Made by a program: the position numbers and the translations under genes. The notes under the pieces were generated by a model. The model had not been told where the DNA came from, searched no databases, and saw only the letters and a program-made list of their open reading frames with translations. This document shows positions 11,763 through 26,909 of a stretch of 64,000 nt of DNA, in pieces. How positions within the stretch are numbered: the first letter of the stretch is position 1; each line of letters begins with the position of its first letter. Source of the DNA: Escherichia coli (GTDB taxonomy: Bacteria; Pseudomonadota; Gammaproteobacteria; Enterobacterales; Enterobacteriaceae); assembly GCF_013315695.1 (NCBI RefSeq), contig NZ_CP054353.1; one strand, written 5' to 3'.

Positions 11763-11956
11763 CCAACGCCATTCATGGCCATATCAATGATTTTCTGGTG
11801 CGTACCGGGTTGAGAAGCGGTGTAAGTGAACTGCAGTTGCCATGTTTTACGGCAGTGAGAGCAGAGATAGCGCTGATGTCCGGCGGTGCTTTTGCCGTTA
11901 CGCACCACTCCGTCAGTAGCTGAACAGGAGGGACAGCTGATAGAAACAGAAGCCAC
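11681..11956 (-). CDS. insA: IS1 InsA
   Basis: 91-aa zinc-finger ORF at the IRL side of IS1. Confidence 0.9.
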
Positions 11957-12011
11957 TGGAGCACCTCAAAAACACCATCATACGCTAAATCAGTAAGTTG
12001 GCAGCATCACC

Positions 12012-12418
12012 ATATAATTCCATTCACCATTTTTTAATTCAAACAGCTCTGGAAGAGATGACGGTTGCAGAGTCATACGTTTGAGTGGTGCATTTTCATC
12101 ACCCGGGATAACTTTATATCCCATTTTTGCATGGATCTCCGCTGTACCGGGATAGGCTTCTATACCAATTATTGGGTCATTACCCAACTCAATATTAGCA
12201 TTAAGTAATGCGGCAAGGGCGAATCCGGAAGAGTTTGCCACCCCTGAGACAGTCATTATCTGATCAATATAGATATCAATCCTTGGCTGCTCATTGGTCC
12301 ATCTTTTTGCCTGAGAAGTTGGAAGAGTTGAAATATATCCTATCGTGGTTCCGGCGTAACCTGGAACATTGCAGCCAGGGCCTAATGTTATTTCATGAAC
12401 TGTATAGTCCTCAACAGG
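12012..12418 (-). pseudogene. yjiC: yjiC 3' fragment (about codons 142-273), cut by IS1 at both ends
   Basis: Open frame on the minus strand across the whole interval; joins in frame with the 5' fragment at 26432-26854 through the shared 9-mer; natural stop would lie at 11225-11227 beyond the IS1; assignment to yjiC is by synteny (between uxuR and iraD) and by the reconstructed length of 276 codons. Confidence 0.75.
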
Positions 12419-12433
12419 GGTAATGACTCCAAC

Positions 12434-12937
12434 TTACTGATAGTGTTTTATGTTCAGATAATGCCCGATGACCTTGTCATGCAGCTCCACCGATTTTGAG
12501 AACGACAGTGACTTCCGTCCCAGCCTTGCCAGATGTTGTCTCAGATTCAGATTATGTCGCTCAATGCGCTGAGTGTAACGCTTGCTGATAACGTGCAGCT
12601 TTCCCTTCAGGCGTGATTCATACAGCGGCCAGCCATCCGTCATCCATACCACGACCTCAAAGGCCGACAGCAGGCTCAGAAGACGCTCCAGTGTGGCCAG
12701 AGTGCGTTCACCGAAGACGTGCGCCACAACCGTCCTCCGTATCCTGTCATACGCGTAAAACAGCCAGCGCTGACGTGATTTAGCACCGACGTAGCCCCAC
12801 TGTTCGTCCATTTCAGCGCAGACAATCACATCACTGCCCGGTTGTATGCGCGAGGTTACCGACTGCGGCCTGAGTTTTTTAAGTGACGTAAAACCGTGTT
12901 GAGGCCAACGCCCATAATGCGTGCACTGGCGCGACAT
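12434..12937 (-). CDS. insB: IS1 InsB (variant)
   Basis: 167-aa ORF. Confidence 0.9.
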   Translation of the reverse strand: MSRQCTHYGRWPQHGFTSLKKLRPQSVTSRIQPGSDVIVCAEMDEQWGYVGAKSRQRWLFYAYDRIRRTVVAHVFGERTLATLERLLSLLSAFEVVVWMTDGWPLYESRLKGKLHVISKRYTQRIERHNLNLRQHLARLGRKSLSFSKSVELHDKVIGHYLNIKHYQ

Positions 12938-13131
12938 CCGACGCCATTCATGGCCATATCAATGATTTTCTGGTGCTTACCGGGCTGAGAGGCGGTATAA
13001 GTGAACTGTAGTTGCCATGTTTTACGGCAATGAGAGCAGAGATAGCGCTGATGTCCGGCAGTGCTTTTGCCGTTACGCACCACGCCTTCAGTAGCGGAGC
13101 AGGAAGGACATCTGATGGAAATGGAAGCCAC
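12856..13131 (-). CDS. insA: IS1 InsA (variant)
   Basis: 91-aa ORF, about 90% identical to the standard copy. Confidence 0.9.
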   Translation of the reverse strand: MASISIRCPSCSATEGVVRNGKSTAGHQRYLCSHCRKTWQLQFTYTASQPGKHQKIIDMAMNGVGCRASARIMGVGLNTVLRHLKNSGRSR

Positions 13132-13456
13132 GCAAGCACCTTAAAATCACCATCATACACTAAATCAGTAAGTTGGCAGCATTACCAAATTTTAATTACA
13201 CTTAAGGTGTATATTTTCTATGCAAGCCATCAATTAAAGAGGTGTAATGTGCTGATGACTATTTGTAATCGTTATACATTCTGACCTGGAGTCAGAAGGT
13301 ATTTCTCTGTCGGTGTGTTCACAGGCAGTGTGGTTGATTACATGAAATTCAGTACATTTGCAGTCTCGTTGCCCTTCTCGCCTGCCTTTCGTCATTACCG
13401 ACGGTATTGAATTTCGTTTTGCCCGTTGGGGTTCTCCGGACAAGGAGTTGTTTGTT

Positions 13457-14689
13457 ATGCCACGTTTTTTTGCCCGCCATGCCGCCACGCTGTTTTTCCC
13501 GATGGCGTTGATTTTGTATGATTTTGCCGCGTACCTGTCGACGGACCTGATTCAGCCGGGGATCATTAATGTGGTCCGTGATTTTAATGCCGATGTCAGT
13601 CTGGCCCCGGCAGCCGTCAGTCTCTATCTCGCGGGCGGTATGGCGTTACAGTGGCTGCTGGGGCCGCTTTCCGACAGGATTGGCCGCAGGCCGGTGCTGA
13701 TTACCGGGGCGCTAATATTTACCCTTGCCTGCGCTGCGACAATGTTCACAACGTCTATGACACAGTTTCTTATCGCGCGTGCAATTCAGGGCACCAGTAT
13801 CTGTTTTATTGCCACCGTTGGTTATGTCACGGTGCAGGAGGCGTTCGGCCAGACAAAAGGGATCAGGTTGATGGCGATTATCACCTCCATCGTACTGATT
13901 GCGCCGATTATCGGCCCGCTTTCCGGCGCAGCTCTGATGCACTTTGTACACTGGAAAGTCCTTTTTGCCATCATTGCGATTATGGGTTTTATCTCATTTG
14001 TTGGCTTACTGCTGGCGATGCCAGAGACGGTGAAGCGCGGCGCGGTTTCATTTAGCGCCAAAAGCGTCTTGCGCGATTTTCGTAATGTCTTTTGCAATCG
14101 GCTGTTCCTCTTTGGTGCAGCAACCATCTCTTTAAGCTATATCCCAATGATGAGCTGGGTGGCTGTCTCGCCGGTGATCCTGATTGACGCAGGCGGCTTA
14201 ACGACCTCGCAGTTCGCCTGGACACAGGTTCCGGTATTCGGCGCGGTGATTGTCGCGAATGCCATCGTGGCGCGTTTCGTTAAAGATCCGACCGAACCGC
14301 GCTTTATCTGGCGTGCCGTACCCATTCAACTGGTTGGCCTCGCGCTGTTGATTATCGGCAATCTGCTGTCACCGCACGTCTGGCTGTGGTCGGTGCTGGG
14401 CACCAGTCTGTATGCTTTCGGGATTGGTTTGATTATCCCGACCTTATTCCGCTTTACGCTGTTTTCCAATAAATTACCGAAAGGGACCGTCTCCGCATCG
14501 CTGAATATGGTGATCCTGATGGTGATGTCTGTCTCGGTCGAAATCGGCCGCTGGCTGTGGTTTAACGGCGGTCGCTTGCCGTTTCATCTGTTAGCCGTCG
14601 TGGCGGGCCTTATCGTCGTTTTCACCCTGGCGGGATTGCTTAATCGCGTGCGCCAACATCAGGCTGCCGAGCTGGCGGAGGAGCGGTGA
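13457..14689 (+). CDS. mdtM: Multidrug efflux MFS transporter MdtM
   Basis: 410 aa from [13 protein letters not shown]; recognised MdtM; the track ORF extends 33 codons upstream. Confidence 0.9.
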   Translation: MPRFFARHAATLFFPMALILYDFAAYLSTDLIQPGIINVVRDFNADVSLAPAAVSLYLAGGMALQWLLGPLSDRIGRRPVLITGALIFTLACAATMFTTSMTQFLIARAIQGTSICFIATVGYVTVQEAFGQTKGIRLMAIITSIVLIAPIIGPLSGAALMHFVHWKVLFAIIAIMGFISFVGLLLAMPETVKRGAVSFSAKSVLRDFRNVFCNRLFLFGAATISLSYIPMMSWVAVSPVILIDAGGLTTSQFAWTQVPVFGAVIVANAIVARFVKDPTEPRFIWRAVPIQLVGLALLIIGNLLSPHVWLWSVLGTSLYAFGIGLIIPTLFRFTLFSNKLPKGTVSASLNMVILMVMSVSVEIGRWLWFNGGRLPFHLLAVVAGLIVVFTLAGLLNRVRQHQAAELAEER

Positions 14690-14729
14690 TTTTTGCGCGA
14701 TCCTGCCGTCAGGCTCTATTCTTAACATT

Positions 14730-16010
14730 ATGAATAAACTCATTGAACTCAGACGCGCCAAAATGTTGGCGCTCTCTTTACTGCTTATCGCCGCTGCTAC
14801 CTTTGTCGTTACGCTGTTTTTGCCACCCAATTTTTGGGTGAGCGGTGTGAAGGCGATTGCTGAAGCGGCGATGGTCGGCGCGCTGGCAGACTGGTTTGCG
14901 GTGGTGGCGCTGTTTCGCCGCGTGCCGATTCCGATCATTTCTCGTCATACGGCGATTATCCCGCGTAATAAAGACCGGATTGGCGAAAATCTCGGTCAGT
15001 TCGTGCAGGAAAAATTTCTCGATACCCAATCGCTGGTGGCATTGATTCGACGTCACGAACCGGTGTTGTTGATTGGCAACTGGTTTAGTCAGCCAGAAAA
15101 CGCCCGCCGCGTTGGTCAGCATCTGTTGCAGATCATGAGTGGTTTTCTTGAACTGACCGATGATGCGCGTATTCAGCGCCTGCTTAAGCGCGCAGTCCAT
15201 CGGGCGATTGATAAGATCGATCTTTCCGGCACCAGTGCGTTGATGCTGGAGAGTATGACCAAAAACGATCGTCATCAGGTGCTGCTGGATACGCTGATCG
15301 CGCAGTTGATTGCTCTTCTCCAGCGCGATAAATCGCGCAAGTTTATTGCCCAGCAAATTGTTCGCTGGCTGGAGAGCGAGCATCCGCTGAAAGCCAAAAT
15401 TTTGCCTACTGAATGGCTGGGCGAACATAGCGCGGAGTTGGTTTCTGACGCGGTGAATTCTTTGCTTGATGATATCAGCCGCGATCGTGTACATCAGATC
15501 CGCCATGCGTTTGATCGCGCCACTTTTGCCCTGATCGACAAGTTGAAAAACGATCCGGAAATGGCAGCGCGAGCCGATGCCGTAAAAAGTTATCTGAAAG
15601 AAGATGAAGCTTTTAACCGCTATCTCAGTGAATTGTGGGGGGATTTACGGGAATGGCTGAAAGCGGATATCGACAGTGAAGATTCTCGTGTGAAAGAACG
15701 TATCGCGCGGGCGGGTCAATGGTTTGGCGAAACGTTAATTGCCGATGATGCCTTGCGGGCGTCGTTAAATGGTCACCTGGAACAAGCCGCGCACCGCGTC
15801 GCGCCTGAGTTTTCCGCATTCCTGACGCGCCACATCAGCGATACGGTAAAAAGCTGGGATGCGCGGGATATGTCGCGGCAAATAGAGTTAAATATCGGCA
15901 AAGATCTGCAGTTTATCCGTGTCAACGGTACGCTGGTCGGCGGTTGTATTGGGCTAATTTTGTATTTGCTGTCGCAGCTCCCGGCCTTATTCCCCCTCAG
16001 CAATTTTTAG
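14730..16010 (+). CDS. yjiN: DUF445 inner-membrane protein YjiN
   Basis: 426-aa ORF; sequence and synteny. Confidence 0.85.
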   Translation: MNKLIELRRAKMLALSLLLIAAATFVVTLFLPPNFWVSGVKAIAEAAMVGALADWFAVVALFRRVPIPIISRHTAIIPRNKDRIGENLGQFVQEKFLDTQSLVALIRRHEPVLLIGNWFSQPENARRVGQHLLQIMSGFLELTDDARIQRLLKRAVHRAIDKIDLSGTSALMLESMTKNDRHQVLLDTLIAQLIALLQRDKSRKFIAQQIVRWLESEHPLKAKILPTEWLGEHSAELVSDAVNSLLDDISRDRVHQIRHAFDRATFALIDKLKNDPEMAARADAVKSYLKEDEAFNRYLSELWGDLREWLKADIDSEDSRVKERIARAGQWFGETLIADDALRASLNGHLEQAAHRVAPEFSAFLTRHISDTVKSWDARDMSRQIELNIGKDLQFIRVNGTLVGGCIGLILYLLSQLPALFPLSNF

Positions 16011-16125
16011 AAATCCATGAAAAACTAAGTGGCTAACCGCGAGAGAGATCAAATAAACCACACTAAAAGAATGGTAATAATGTGGCCTCTTTTCATTATC
16101 TCCCGTGGTACGGGGAAGGAAAATC

Positions 16126-18054
<1,929 letters not shown>

Positions 18055-18225
18055 AAGAGTATCTGTTTTTATTTCACTCCACGGTCGGCGTCATACAAAC
18101 CCGCAAGGCGTTGCAGGCAGCGGGCATGACTTTTCGCGTCAGCGATATTCCCCGTGATTTACGCGGCGGCTGCGGGTTATGCATTTGGCTGACCTGTCCG
18201 CCTGGCGAGGAAATTCAATGGGTGA

Positions 18226-19233
<1,008 letters not shown>

Positions 19234-19300
19234 CAGGCTGGCATGTTTCACCTTTTTGTTATTAACTTGTTAACAACAAAAATGACAAACAAGGTTAAAC

Positions 19301-20479
19301 ATGCCTTCGCCCTCGCATCCCGTAGAACGCTTTTCTTTCAGCACCGCGCTTTTCGGGATGCTGGTTCTGACCTTAGGTATGGGTTTAGGCCGCTTCCTTT
19401 ATACGCCTATGTTGCCCGTCATGATGGCGGAAGGATCGTTTTCATTTAGCCAGCTCTCGTGGATTGCCAGCGGCAACTATGCGGGGTATCTGGCTGGCAG
19501 TCTGCTATTTTCGTTTGGCGCATTTCACCAGCCATCGCGCCTGCGCCCATTTCTGTTGGCTTCTGCCCTAGCGAGCGGGTTGTTGATCCTCGCAATGGCA
19601 TGGTTGCTGCCATTTATTCTGGTGTTATTGATTCGCGTCCTGGCGGGTGTCGCCAGCGCCGGTATGCTGATTTTTGGTTCGACGCTGATTATGCAGCACA
19701 CGCGCCATCCTTTTGTGCTGGCAGCTTTGTTTTCTGGCGTTGGCATTGGCATCGCACTGGGCAATGAATATGTTCTGGCAGGCCTGCATTTTGACCTCTC
19801 CTCGCAAACGTTATGGCAAGGCGCCGGGGCGCTTTCTGGCATGATGCTGATTGCACTTACGCTTTTAATGCCCTCGAAAAAACACGCCATCACACCAATG
19901 CCATTGGCAAAAACGGAGCAACAGATAATGAGCTGGTGGTTACTGGCTATTCTGTACGGCCTGGCGGGATTTGGTTATATCATCGTCGCGACTTACCTGC
20001 CGCTCATGGCGAAAGATGCAGGCTCACCATTGTTAACCGCCCATCTCTGGACGTTAGTCGGCTTATCAATTGTGCCTGGTTGCTTTGGCTGGCTATGGGC
20101 AGCAAAACGTTGGGGGGCTTTGCCCTGCCTGACGGCGAATTTGCTGGTGCAGGCTATCTGTGTGCTGCTTACTCTCGCCAGCGACTCGCCTCTCTTGCTT
20201 ATCATCAGCAGTCTTGGTTTTGGCGGTACCTTTATGGGCACGACATCTCTGGTGATGACTATCGCCCGCCAACTGAGCGTACCGGGAAATCTCAATCTTT
20301 TAGGCTTTGTGACGCTCATTTACGGCATTGGACAAATCCTCGGCCCGGCGCTGACCAGTATGCTCGGCAATGGAACATCGGCGCTTGCCGGCGCCACTCT
20401 CTGCGGCGCGGCGGCGTTGTTTATTGCTGCGCTTATCAGCACAGTACAATTATTTAAGCTGCAAGTGGTCACTTCATGA
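19301..20479 (+). CDS. yjiJ: MFS-type transporter YjiJ
   Basis: 392-aa polytopic ORF; synteny. Confidence 0.85.
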   Translation: MPSPSHPVERFSFSTALFGMLVLTLGMGLGRFLYTPMLPVMMAEGSFSFSQLSWIASGNYAGYLAGSLLFSFGAFHQPSRLRPFLLASALASGLLILAMAWLLPFILVLLIRVLAGVASAGMLIFGSTLIMQHTRHPFVLAALFSGVGIGIALGNEYVLAGLHFDLSSQTLWQGAGALSGMMLIALTLLMPSKKHAITPMPLAKTEQQIMSWWLLAILYGLAGFGYIIVATYLPLMAKDAGSPLLTAHLWTLVGLSIVPGCFGWLWAAKRWGALPCLTANLLVQAICVLLTLASDSPLLLIISSLGFGGTFMGTTSLVMTIARQLSVPGNLNLLGFVTLIYGIGQILGPALTSMLGNGTSALAGATLCGAAALFIAALISTVQLFKLQVVTS

Positions 20480-20491
20480 GGAGTGTTTCCC

Positions 20492-21046
20492 TTACCACTC
20501 AAGAAATTCGACCGCAACCGTTGATGTCAGCCAGACCCCGTTTTCCGCTTGCCAGAAAGGGAGGCCTCGTTTCGCCATTTCCTGTGCTTTGACGGTTAAA
20601 ATAACCGGCGATCCGTGTCTTGCTCCCACTTTGCGTGCCGTTGCTTCATCAGCAGAGAGATGTACGTAGTGACGCTCACCTGCAATCAGCCCCTGTTTTT
20701 TTATCTCGTCAAGGAAACGGCTTGCCGTACCGTGGTAGAGAAACTGTGGCGGTGTTTTTTCGGCAAAGGAAATAGCGACCTGCGAAGTCGAATGCCCCTG
20801 AACCGCGCGGATGCACCTACCATCACTGGAATAACTAAAACGCTTTTTATCGCTGGTGGCAACCACGGTATCCAGCAATGCACGGGTTAACCGCTTGCCC
20901 GCTTTTTGGGCACAAAGTATGAGCTTATCGATATCCGCCCATCCTTCACGGTCCAGTACGATACCAATCGCCTCCGGTTTGTGTCGGAGGACAAAACTTA
21001 AAAACTTGCTCGTATCCGCCAGCTCTTTTTCGTTGTACTTTGCCAT
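20492..21046 (-). CDS. kptA: RNA 2'-phosphotransferase KptA (Tpt1 family)
   Basis: 184-aa ORF recognised as KptA. Confidence 0.88.
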   Translation of the reverse strand: MAKYNEKELADTSKFLSFVLRHKPEAIGIVLDREGWADIDKLILCAQKAGKRLTRALLDTVVATSDKKRFSYSSDGRCIRAVQGHSTSQVAISFAEKTPPQFLYHGTASRFLDEIKKQGLIAGERHYVHLSADEATARKVGARHGSPVILTVKAQEMAKRGLPFWQAENGVWLTSTVAVEFLEW

Positions 21047-21295
21047 CGCGTTTTCGTCCCTGGATTATCTGTTTTTTATTTACTATGTCATTGTCACTGG
21101 GTTTATGAATTTTCTGCAACTCAATCCTGCGTAGAACCTTTTCCACACAGCGTAATTTTACCGCTATGCAAAAAACGCATAGTCAGAAACATACTTGCAT
21201 TTTCCCCATACCCACATGGCTGATAAGGTTTTTCAGCTCCAGGAATTTTCCTGGCTCAAGCAACACACAAACACAAAAAAACAATGGGGATTGTT

Positions 21296-21979
21296 ATGAC
21301 ACAACAAGGGGATGCTGTAGCCGGGGAGCTGGCGACAGAAAAAGTGGGCATTAAAGGGTATCTGGCTTTTTTTCTCACCATAATCTTTTTTTCCGGTGTT
21401 TTTTCCGGGACAGACAGTTGGTGGCGCGTTTTTGATTTTTCCGTTCTGAACGGATCGTTTGGGCAACTGCCTGGTGCGAACGGAGCCACCACCTCGTTTC
21501 GCGGCGCGGGTGGCGCGGGGGCTAAAGATGGCTTTCTCTTTGCGCTGGAGCTGGCACCGTCAGTCATTCTCTCTCTGGGGATTATTTCAATTACCGATGG
21601 TCTTGGCGGATTACGCGCCGCGCAGCAGTTAATGACGCCAGTGCTAAAACCGTTGTTGGGCATTCCAGGGATCTGCTCGCTGGCGCTGATCGCTAACCTG
21701 CAAAACACCGATGCCGCCGCAGGTATGACCAAAGAGCTGGCGCAGGAAGGTGAAATTACCGAACGCGATAAAGTGATTTTCGCCGCATATCAAACCAGCG
21801 GTAGCGCCATTATCACCAACTACTTCTCTTCCGGCGTCGCGGTGTTTGCCTTTCTGGGCACGTCCGTAATCGTACCTTTAGCAGTCATCCTGGTGTTTAA
21901 ATTTGTCGGAGCCAACATTTTGCGCGTCTGGCTTAACTTCGAAGAACGTCGCAACCCAACGCAAGGAGCGCAAGCATGA
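21296..21979 (+). CDS. yjiH: Inner-membrane protein YjiH
   Basis: 227 aa from MTQQGDAV; overlaps the yjiG start. Confidence 0.85.
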   Translation: MTQQGDAVAGELATEKVGIKGYLAFFLTIIFFSGVFSGTDSWWRVFDFSVLNGSFGQLPGANGATTSFRGAGGAGAKDGFLFALELAPSVILSLGIISITDGLGGLRAAQQLMTPVLKPLLGIPGICSLALIANLQNTDAAAGMTKELAQEGEITERDKVIFAAYQTSGSAIITNYFSSGVAVFAFLGTSVIVPLAVILVFKFVGANILRVWLNFEERRNPTQGAQA

Positions 21980-22437
21980 CAACTCAGGTCCGCAAAAACG
22001 TCATGGATATGTTTATCGATGGTGCGCGCCGTGGCTTTACTATCGCCACGACCAACCTGCTGCCAAACGTGGTGATGGCGTTTGTCATCATTCAGGCGCT
22101 GAAAATTACCGGCCTGCTCGACTGGGTGGGGCATATCTGTGAACCCGTAATGGCGCTGTGGGGATTACCCGGTGAAGCGGCAACCGTCCTTTTAGCCGCA
22201 TTAATGAGTATGGGTGGCGCAGTCGGTGTTGCCGCCAGTCTGGCAACCGCTGGCGCATTAACCGGTCACGATGTCACCGTTTTACTGCCCGCGATGTATT
22301 TAATGGGCAACCCGGTGCAAAATGTCGGTCGCTGCCTGGGGACAGCCGAAGTGAATGCCAAATATTACCCGCATATCATTACGGTCTGCGTGATTAACGC
22401 ATTGCTGTCGATCTGGGTTATGCAGCTTATTGTTTAA
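21976..22437 (+). CDS. yjiG: Inner-membrane protein YjiG
   Basis: 153-aa ORF; synteny. Confidence 0.85.
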   Translation: MTTQVRKNVMDMFIDGARRGFTIATTNLLPNVVMAFVIIQALKITGLLDWVGHICEPVMALWGLPGEAATVLLAALMSMGGAVGVAASLATAGALTGHDVTVLLPAMYLMGNPVQNVGRCLGTAEVNAKYYPHIITVCVINALLSIWVMQLIV

Positions 22438-22449
22438 CAAGGAGTTACC

Positions 22450-23622
22450 ATGATTGATTATACCGCAGCCGGTTTTACCCTGCTGCAGGGAGCGCATTTG
22501 TATGCGCCGGAAGATCGGGGAATTTGCGATGTCCTCGTCGCTAACGGCAAAATTATCGCCGTTGCCAGTAATATCCCTTCTGACATTGTACCGGACTGCA
22601 CGGTTGTCGATCTCAGCGGGCAGATCCTCTGCCCAGGTTTTATTGATCAACACGTCCATTTGATTGGCGGTGGCGGCGAAGCAGGTCCCACGACGCGCAC
22701 GCCGGAAGTGGCGTTAAGTCGTCTGACGGAAGCAGGCGTCACGTCAGTGGTTGGTCTGCTGGGCACCGACTCTATCTCTCGCCACCCGGAATCCCTGCTC
22801 GCCAAGACCCGTGCGCTCAATGAAGAAGGCATCAGCGCCTGGATGCTGACCGGCGCTTATCATGTCCCTTCCCGCACTATTACGGGTTCCGTGGAAAAAG
22901 ACGTGGCGATTATCGATCGCGTGATTGGCGTGAAATGCGCCATCTCTGATCACCGTTCTGCCGCACCGGACGTTTATCACCTGGCTAATATGGCGGCGGA
23001 ATCCCGCGTTGGCGGTTTGCTCGGCGGTAAACCTGGCGTCACCGTGTTCCACATGGGCGACAGCAAAAAGGCGTTACAGCCTGTCTATGACCTGCTGGAA
23101 AACTGCGATGTGCCGATTAGCAAGTTGCTGCCGACCCACGTTAACCGCAACGTTCCGTTGTTTGAGCAGGCGCTGGAGTTCGCGCGCAAAGGCGGCACCA
23201 TCGATATCACCAGCAGCATTGACGAACCAGTCGCCCCTGCCGAAGGTATTGCCCGCGCCGTTCAGGCGGGTATTCCGCTGGCACGCGTCACCCTCAGCTC
23301 CGACGGCAACGGTAGCCAGCCGTTCTTCGATGACGAAGGGAATTTAACCCATATCGGTGTTGCCGGTTTTGAAACGTTGCTGGAAACCGTGCAGGTGCTG
23401 GTCAAAGATTATGATTTCAGTATCAGCGATGCCCTGCGCCCGCTCACCAGTAGCGTAGCCGGTTTCCTTAACCTGAGCGGGAAAGGCGAAATTCTGCCAG
23501 GCAATGACGCAGACTTACTGGTCATGACGCCAGAATTACGTATTGAGCAGGTATACGCTCGCGGCAAGCTGATGGTCAAAGACGGCAAAGCCTGCGTGAA
23601 AGGAACGTTTGAAACGGCATAA
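22450..23622 (+). CDS. iadA: Isoaspartyl dipeptidase IadA
   Basis: 390-aa ORF with an amidohydrolase-type metal-binding motif (HVHLIGGGG); recognised IadA. Confidence 0.9.
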   Translation: MIDYTAAGFTLLQGAHLYAPEDRGICDVLVANGKIIAVASNIPSDIVPDCTVVDLSGQILCPGFIDQHVHLIGGGGEAGPTTRTPEVALSRLTEAGVTSVVGLLGTDSISRHPESLLAKTRALNEEGISAWMLTGAYHVPSRTITGSVEKDVAIIDRVIGVKCAISDHRSAAPDVYHLANMAAESRVGGLLGGKPGVTVFHMGDSKKALQPVYDLLENCDVPISKLLPTHVNRNVPLFEQALEFARKGGTIDITSSIDEPVAPAEGIARAVQAGIPLARVTLSSDGNGSQPFFDDEGNLTHIGVAGFETLLETVQVLVKDYDFSISDALRPLTSSVAGFLNLSGKGEILPGNDADLLVMTPELRIEQVYARGKLMVKDGKACVKGTFETA

Positions 23623-23686
23623 ACGGTTGTCAGCCGCCCGAATGGACGTAGAATGCCCGCAAGGGCGGCTGACAGAGTAAAACGTA

Positions 23687-24598
23687 ATGGATGACTGTGG
23701 TGCGGTTTTGCATAATATTGAAACTAAATGGCTTTATGATTTTCTGACCCTGGAAAAATGCCGCAATTTTTCCCAGGCAGCAGTCAGTCGCAACGTCTCG
23801 CAACCGGCATTCAGCCGCCGCATCCGTGCGCTGGAACAGGCGATTGGCGTTGAATTGTTTAACCGCCAGGTGACGCCGCTGCAACTCTCGGAACAAGGTA
23901 AAATATTCCATTCGCAGATCCGCCATCTGTTGCAACAGTTAGAGAGCAACCTTGCAGAACTCCGTGGTGGCAGCGATTACGCGCAACGCAAAATTAAAAT
24001 AGCCGCTGCACACTCTCTTTCCCTCGGGCTGTTACCGTCCATTATCAGCCAGATGCCGCCGCTCTTTACCTGGGCAATTGAAGCTATTGATGTCGATGAA
24101 GCGGTCGATAAACTGCGTGAAGGGCAAAGTGACTGTATTTTTTCCTTTCACGACGAAGATTTGCTGGAAGCGCCGTTTGACCACATTCGCTTATTTGAAT
24201 CTCAATTGTTCCCCGTTTGCGCCAGTGACGAACACGGAGAAGCACTTTTTAACCTCGCGCAGCCACACTTTCCGTTACTGAATTACAGCCGCAACTCCTA
24301 CATGGGGCGATTGATTAATCGCACCCTGACGCGCCACAGTGAGTTAAGTTTCAGCACCTTTTTTGTCTCTTCGATGAGCGAGCTTTTAAAGCAGGTTGCC
24401 CTCGACGGCTGTGGGATTGCCTGGCTACCGGAATACGCCATCCAACAAGAAATTCGCAGCGGGCAGCTCGTTGTACTGAATCGGGACGAACTGGTGATCC
24501 CGATTCAGGCCTATGCATACCGGATGAATACCCGCATGAATCCAGTTGCCGAACGCTTCTGGCGTGAACTGCGCGAGCTGGAGATTGTGCTTAGCTGA
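23687..24598 (+). CDS. hypT: LysR-family hypochlorite-responsive regulator HypT (YjiE)
   Basis: 303-aa LysR-type ORF with N-terminal HTH; synteny. Confidence 0.88.
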   Translation: MDDCGAVLHNIETKWLYDFLTLEKCRNFSQAAVSRNVSQPAFSRRIRALEQAIGVELFNRQVTPLQLSEQGKIFHSQIRHLLQQLESNLAELRGGSDYAQRKIKIAAAHSLSLGLLPSIISQMPPLFTWAIEAIDVDEAVDKLREGQSDCIFSFHDEDLLEAPFDHIRLFESQLFPVCASDEHGEALFNLAQPHFPLLNYSRNSYMGRLINRTLTRHSELSFSTFFVSSMSELLKQVALDGCGIAWLPEYAIQQEIRSGQLVVLNRDELVIPIQAYAYRMNTRMNPVAERFWRELRELEIVLS

Positions 24599-24983
24599 CA
24601 TTCTCCAGCGTCGCACTGCGCCAACCGCCATTATCCCAGACCAGATCAAACGTTAGCGATTCATCGTCGTGATACAGCATTATCTCAAGGCTGATCGCCA
24701 GAGTGTGGCAGTACGCTTCTTTCAAATTAACCTGCAACGCCGCAATCCGTGGCTCATGAAATAACAGTGCAGAACGCAGCTGACGGCAATACCAGCTCTG
24801 GAGATGTTTGTCGCTCGGGTTATGCACTTGCCACTCGGGCATGCCTGAAACAAGTAATGACGGTAATGCCGAATGAGGAGAATTAAAAAGAGTGAGGAGA
24901 TCGCTGCATACTGATTTACGCAGCGGTGACGTTTTATTGCCTGAAATTTCAGGTAAAACAGCCTGAAGTGATTGGCGCATCAT
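24591..24983 (-). CDS. iraD: Anti-adaptor protein IraD (RpoS stabiliser)
   Basis: 130 aa from MMRQSLQAV; recognised IraD. Confidence 0.88.
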   Translation of the reverse strand: MMRQSLQAVLPEISGNKTSPLRKSVCSDLLTLFNSPHSALPSLLVSGMPEWQVHNPSDKHLQSWYCRQLRSALLFHEPRIAALQVNLKEAYCHTLAISLEIMLYHDDESLTFDLVWDNGGWRSATLENVS

Positions 24984-25455
24984 TTTGCGCACTCCTGACG
25001 TTTAGCAACATATGCGGCTTGCCCTGAACACCGGGCACCACTGTATTGATGCTCATTTTCCATAGCCATTCCCTTTTGTTCATTACATCCATGTCAGTCT
25101 GAGACAGGCCTGAATCCTGTCAGCAAAGTATAAAACCTTACTTGCCTATGAATATCTACTGACTTTTCAGGAAAAAAGTCATGATTTGATAAAAATCATC
25201 AAACTCAAAAAAAAACCGCTAGTATATTCTGAATATTCCGAATAGTTACGTAGATGAAAATACTTGTCACCACCGCTACTTAATTCCGGTGGGAAATTAT
25301 TTATTTCCGCATAATCAGCCATGTATTATTTAAAACAATTAGTTTGTAAATAATATAAATTGATAACATATCAAATACATCAAAAATACCATTCACAGGC
25401 ATTATTAATATAGACATCAATATAGCAACATCAAATTCCAGGTAATGACTCCAAC

Positions 25456-25959
25456 TTATTGATAGTGTTTTATGTTCAGATAATGCCCGATGACTTTGTC
25501 ATGCAGCTCCACCGATTTTGAGAACGACAGCGACTTCCGTCCCAGCCGTGCCAGGTGCTGCCTCAGATTCAGGTTATGCCGCTCAATTCGCTGCGTATAT
25601 CGCTTGCTGATTACGTGCAGCTTTCCCTTCAGGCGGGATTCATACAGCGGCCAGCCATCCGTCATCCATATCACCACGTCAAAGGGTGACAGCAGGCTCA
25701 TAAGACGCCCCAGCGTCGCCATAGTGCGTTCACCGAATACGTGCGCAACAACCGTCTTCCGGAGCCTGTCATACGCGTAAAACAGCCAGCGCTGGCGCGA
25801 TTTAGCCCCGACATAGCCCCACTGTTCGTCCATTTCCGCGCAGACGATGACGTCACTGCCCGGCTGTATGCGCGAGGTTACCGACTGCGGCCTGAGTTTT
25901 TTAAGTGACGTAAAATCGTGTTGAGGCCAACGCCCATAATGCGGGCTGTTGCCCGGCAT
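25456..25959 (-). CDS. insB: IS1 InsB
   Basis: 167-aa ORF. Confidence 0.9.
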
Positions 25960-26153
25960 CCAACGCCATTCATGGCCATATCAATGATTTTCTGGTGCGT
26001 ACCGGGTTGAGAAGCGGTGTAAGTGAACTGCAGTTGCCATGTTTTACGGCAGTGAGAGCAGAGATAGCGCTGATGTCCGGCGGTGCTTTTGCCGTTACGC
26101 ACCACCCCGTCAGTAGCTGAACAGGAGGGACAGCTGATAGAAACAGAAGCCAC
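25878..26153 (-). CDS. insA: IS1 InsA
   Basis: 91-aa ORF. Confidence 0.9.
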
Positions 26154-26431
26154 TGGAGCACCTCAAAAACACCATCATACACTAAATCAGTAAGTTGGCA
26201 GCATCACCCAAATTCCAATTAGTAATAAGATATGCTTTTAAATTGCATGCAAATAATTTTAAATGAGCGTTTTTTGATACTTTAGAGTGTTTCCCACCAT
26301 TTAATATCACTGTGTAGAGTTGATATCACTACAACAGAAACATGCATGTCATTTGTTTACTTCTCTTTTTACTACAGAAAAATTTATCTATTTTTCTAAG
26401 CATCAGTGAAATACTCATAAAGGTAACTATT

Positions 26432-26854
26432 ATGTCTATGCCATTAAGCAATGCCCTTCAGAGTCAAATTATTACAGATAATCACTTCCTTCATCATCCA
26501 AAAGTCGACAGTGAGTTAACACGTAAACATGAACGTGGACGCATGGATACGGAAAATATCTATCTTCCGCCTCTTGCTCGTGGCAATAACCATAATTACG
26601 ATGGAAAAAGCGTTGTCGAAATTAGAAAACTTGATATTAGTAAAGAGTCCTGGCCATTTAATTATGTGACAGAAACATGCAGAGAATTCAATGGTATTAC
26701 AACAACAGGACGTATGCTCTATCGAAACTTGAAAATCACCTCAGCTTTAGACGAAATATATGGTGGTATATGTAAAAAGGCGCATGCTGCCACAGAGTTA
26801 GCAGAAGGATTACGGCTAAATTTATTTATGAAAAGCCCTTTCGATCCTGTTGAG
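26432..26854 (+). pseudogene. yjiC: yjiC 5' fragment (codons 1-141), truncated by IS1; separated from its 3' half by the inversion
   Basis: ORF starting MSMPLSNALQ with an upstream aaaggt RBS-like motif; reading frame runs directly into the IS1 inverted repeat at 26855; last three codons (cct gtt gag) are the 9-bp target sequence. Confidence 0.75.
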
Positions 26855-26909
26855 GGTAATGCTGCCAACTTACTGATTTAGTGTATGATGGTGATTTTAA
26901 GGTGCTTGC

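Larger units (their letters stand above)
11244..12011 (-). mobile_element. IS1 (standard type), complete 768 bp, with 9-bp direct target duplication atataattc
   Basis: Ends ggtaatgactccaacttattg ... cagtaagttggcagcatcacc; insA plus insB with the TTAAAAAAC frameshift motif; identical 9-mers at 11235-11243 and 12012-12020. Confidence 0.95.
12419..13186 (-). mobile_element. IS1 (variant type), complete 768 bp, no direct duplication; inversion breakpoint
   Basis: IS1 ends present; InsB begins [11 protein letters not shown] instead of [11 protein letters not shown]; flanks ctcaacagg (left) and aaattttaa (right) differ. Confidence 0.93.
25441..26208 (-). mobile_element. IS1 (standard type), complete 768 bp, with 9-bp direct target duplication caaattcca
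   Basis: Same InsA/InsB proteins as the copy at 11244-12011; identical 9-mers at 25432-25440 and 26209-26217. Confidence 0.95.

Noticed and set aside
13358-13456. N-terminal extension of the mdtM ORF (track ORF starts 33 codons upstream)
   Set aside because: The extension begins within about 170 bp of the IS1 end and lacks an obvious RBS; the conserved MdtM N-terminus starts at the internal ATG at 13457.
26342-26431. Upstream extension of the yjiC 5' ORF (MHVICLLLFLLQK...)
   Set aside because: Hydrophobic low-complexity translation of AT-rich promoter DNA; the internal ATG at 26432 has a better-placed RBS-like motif and gives a total length matching the 276-codon reconstruction.
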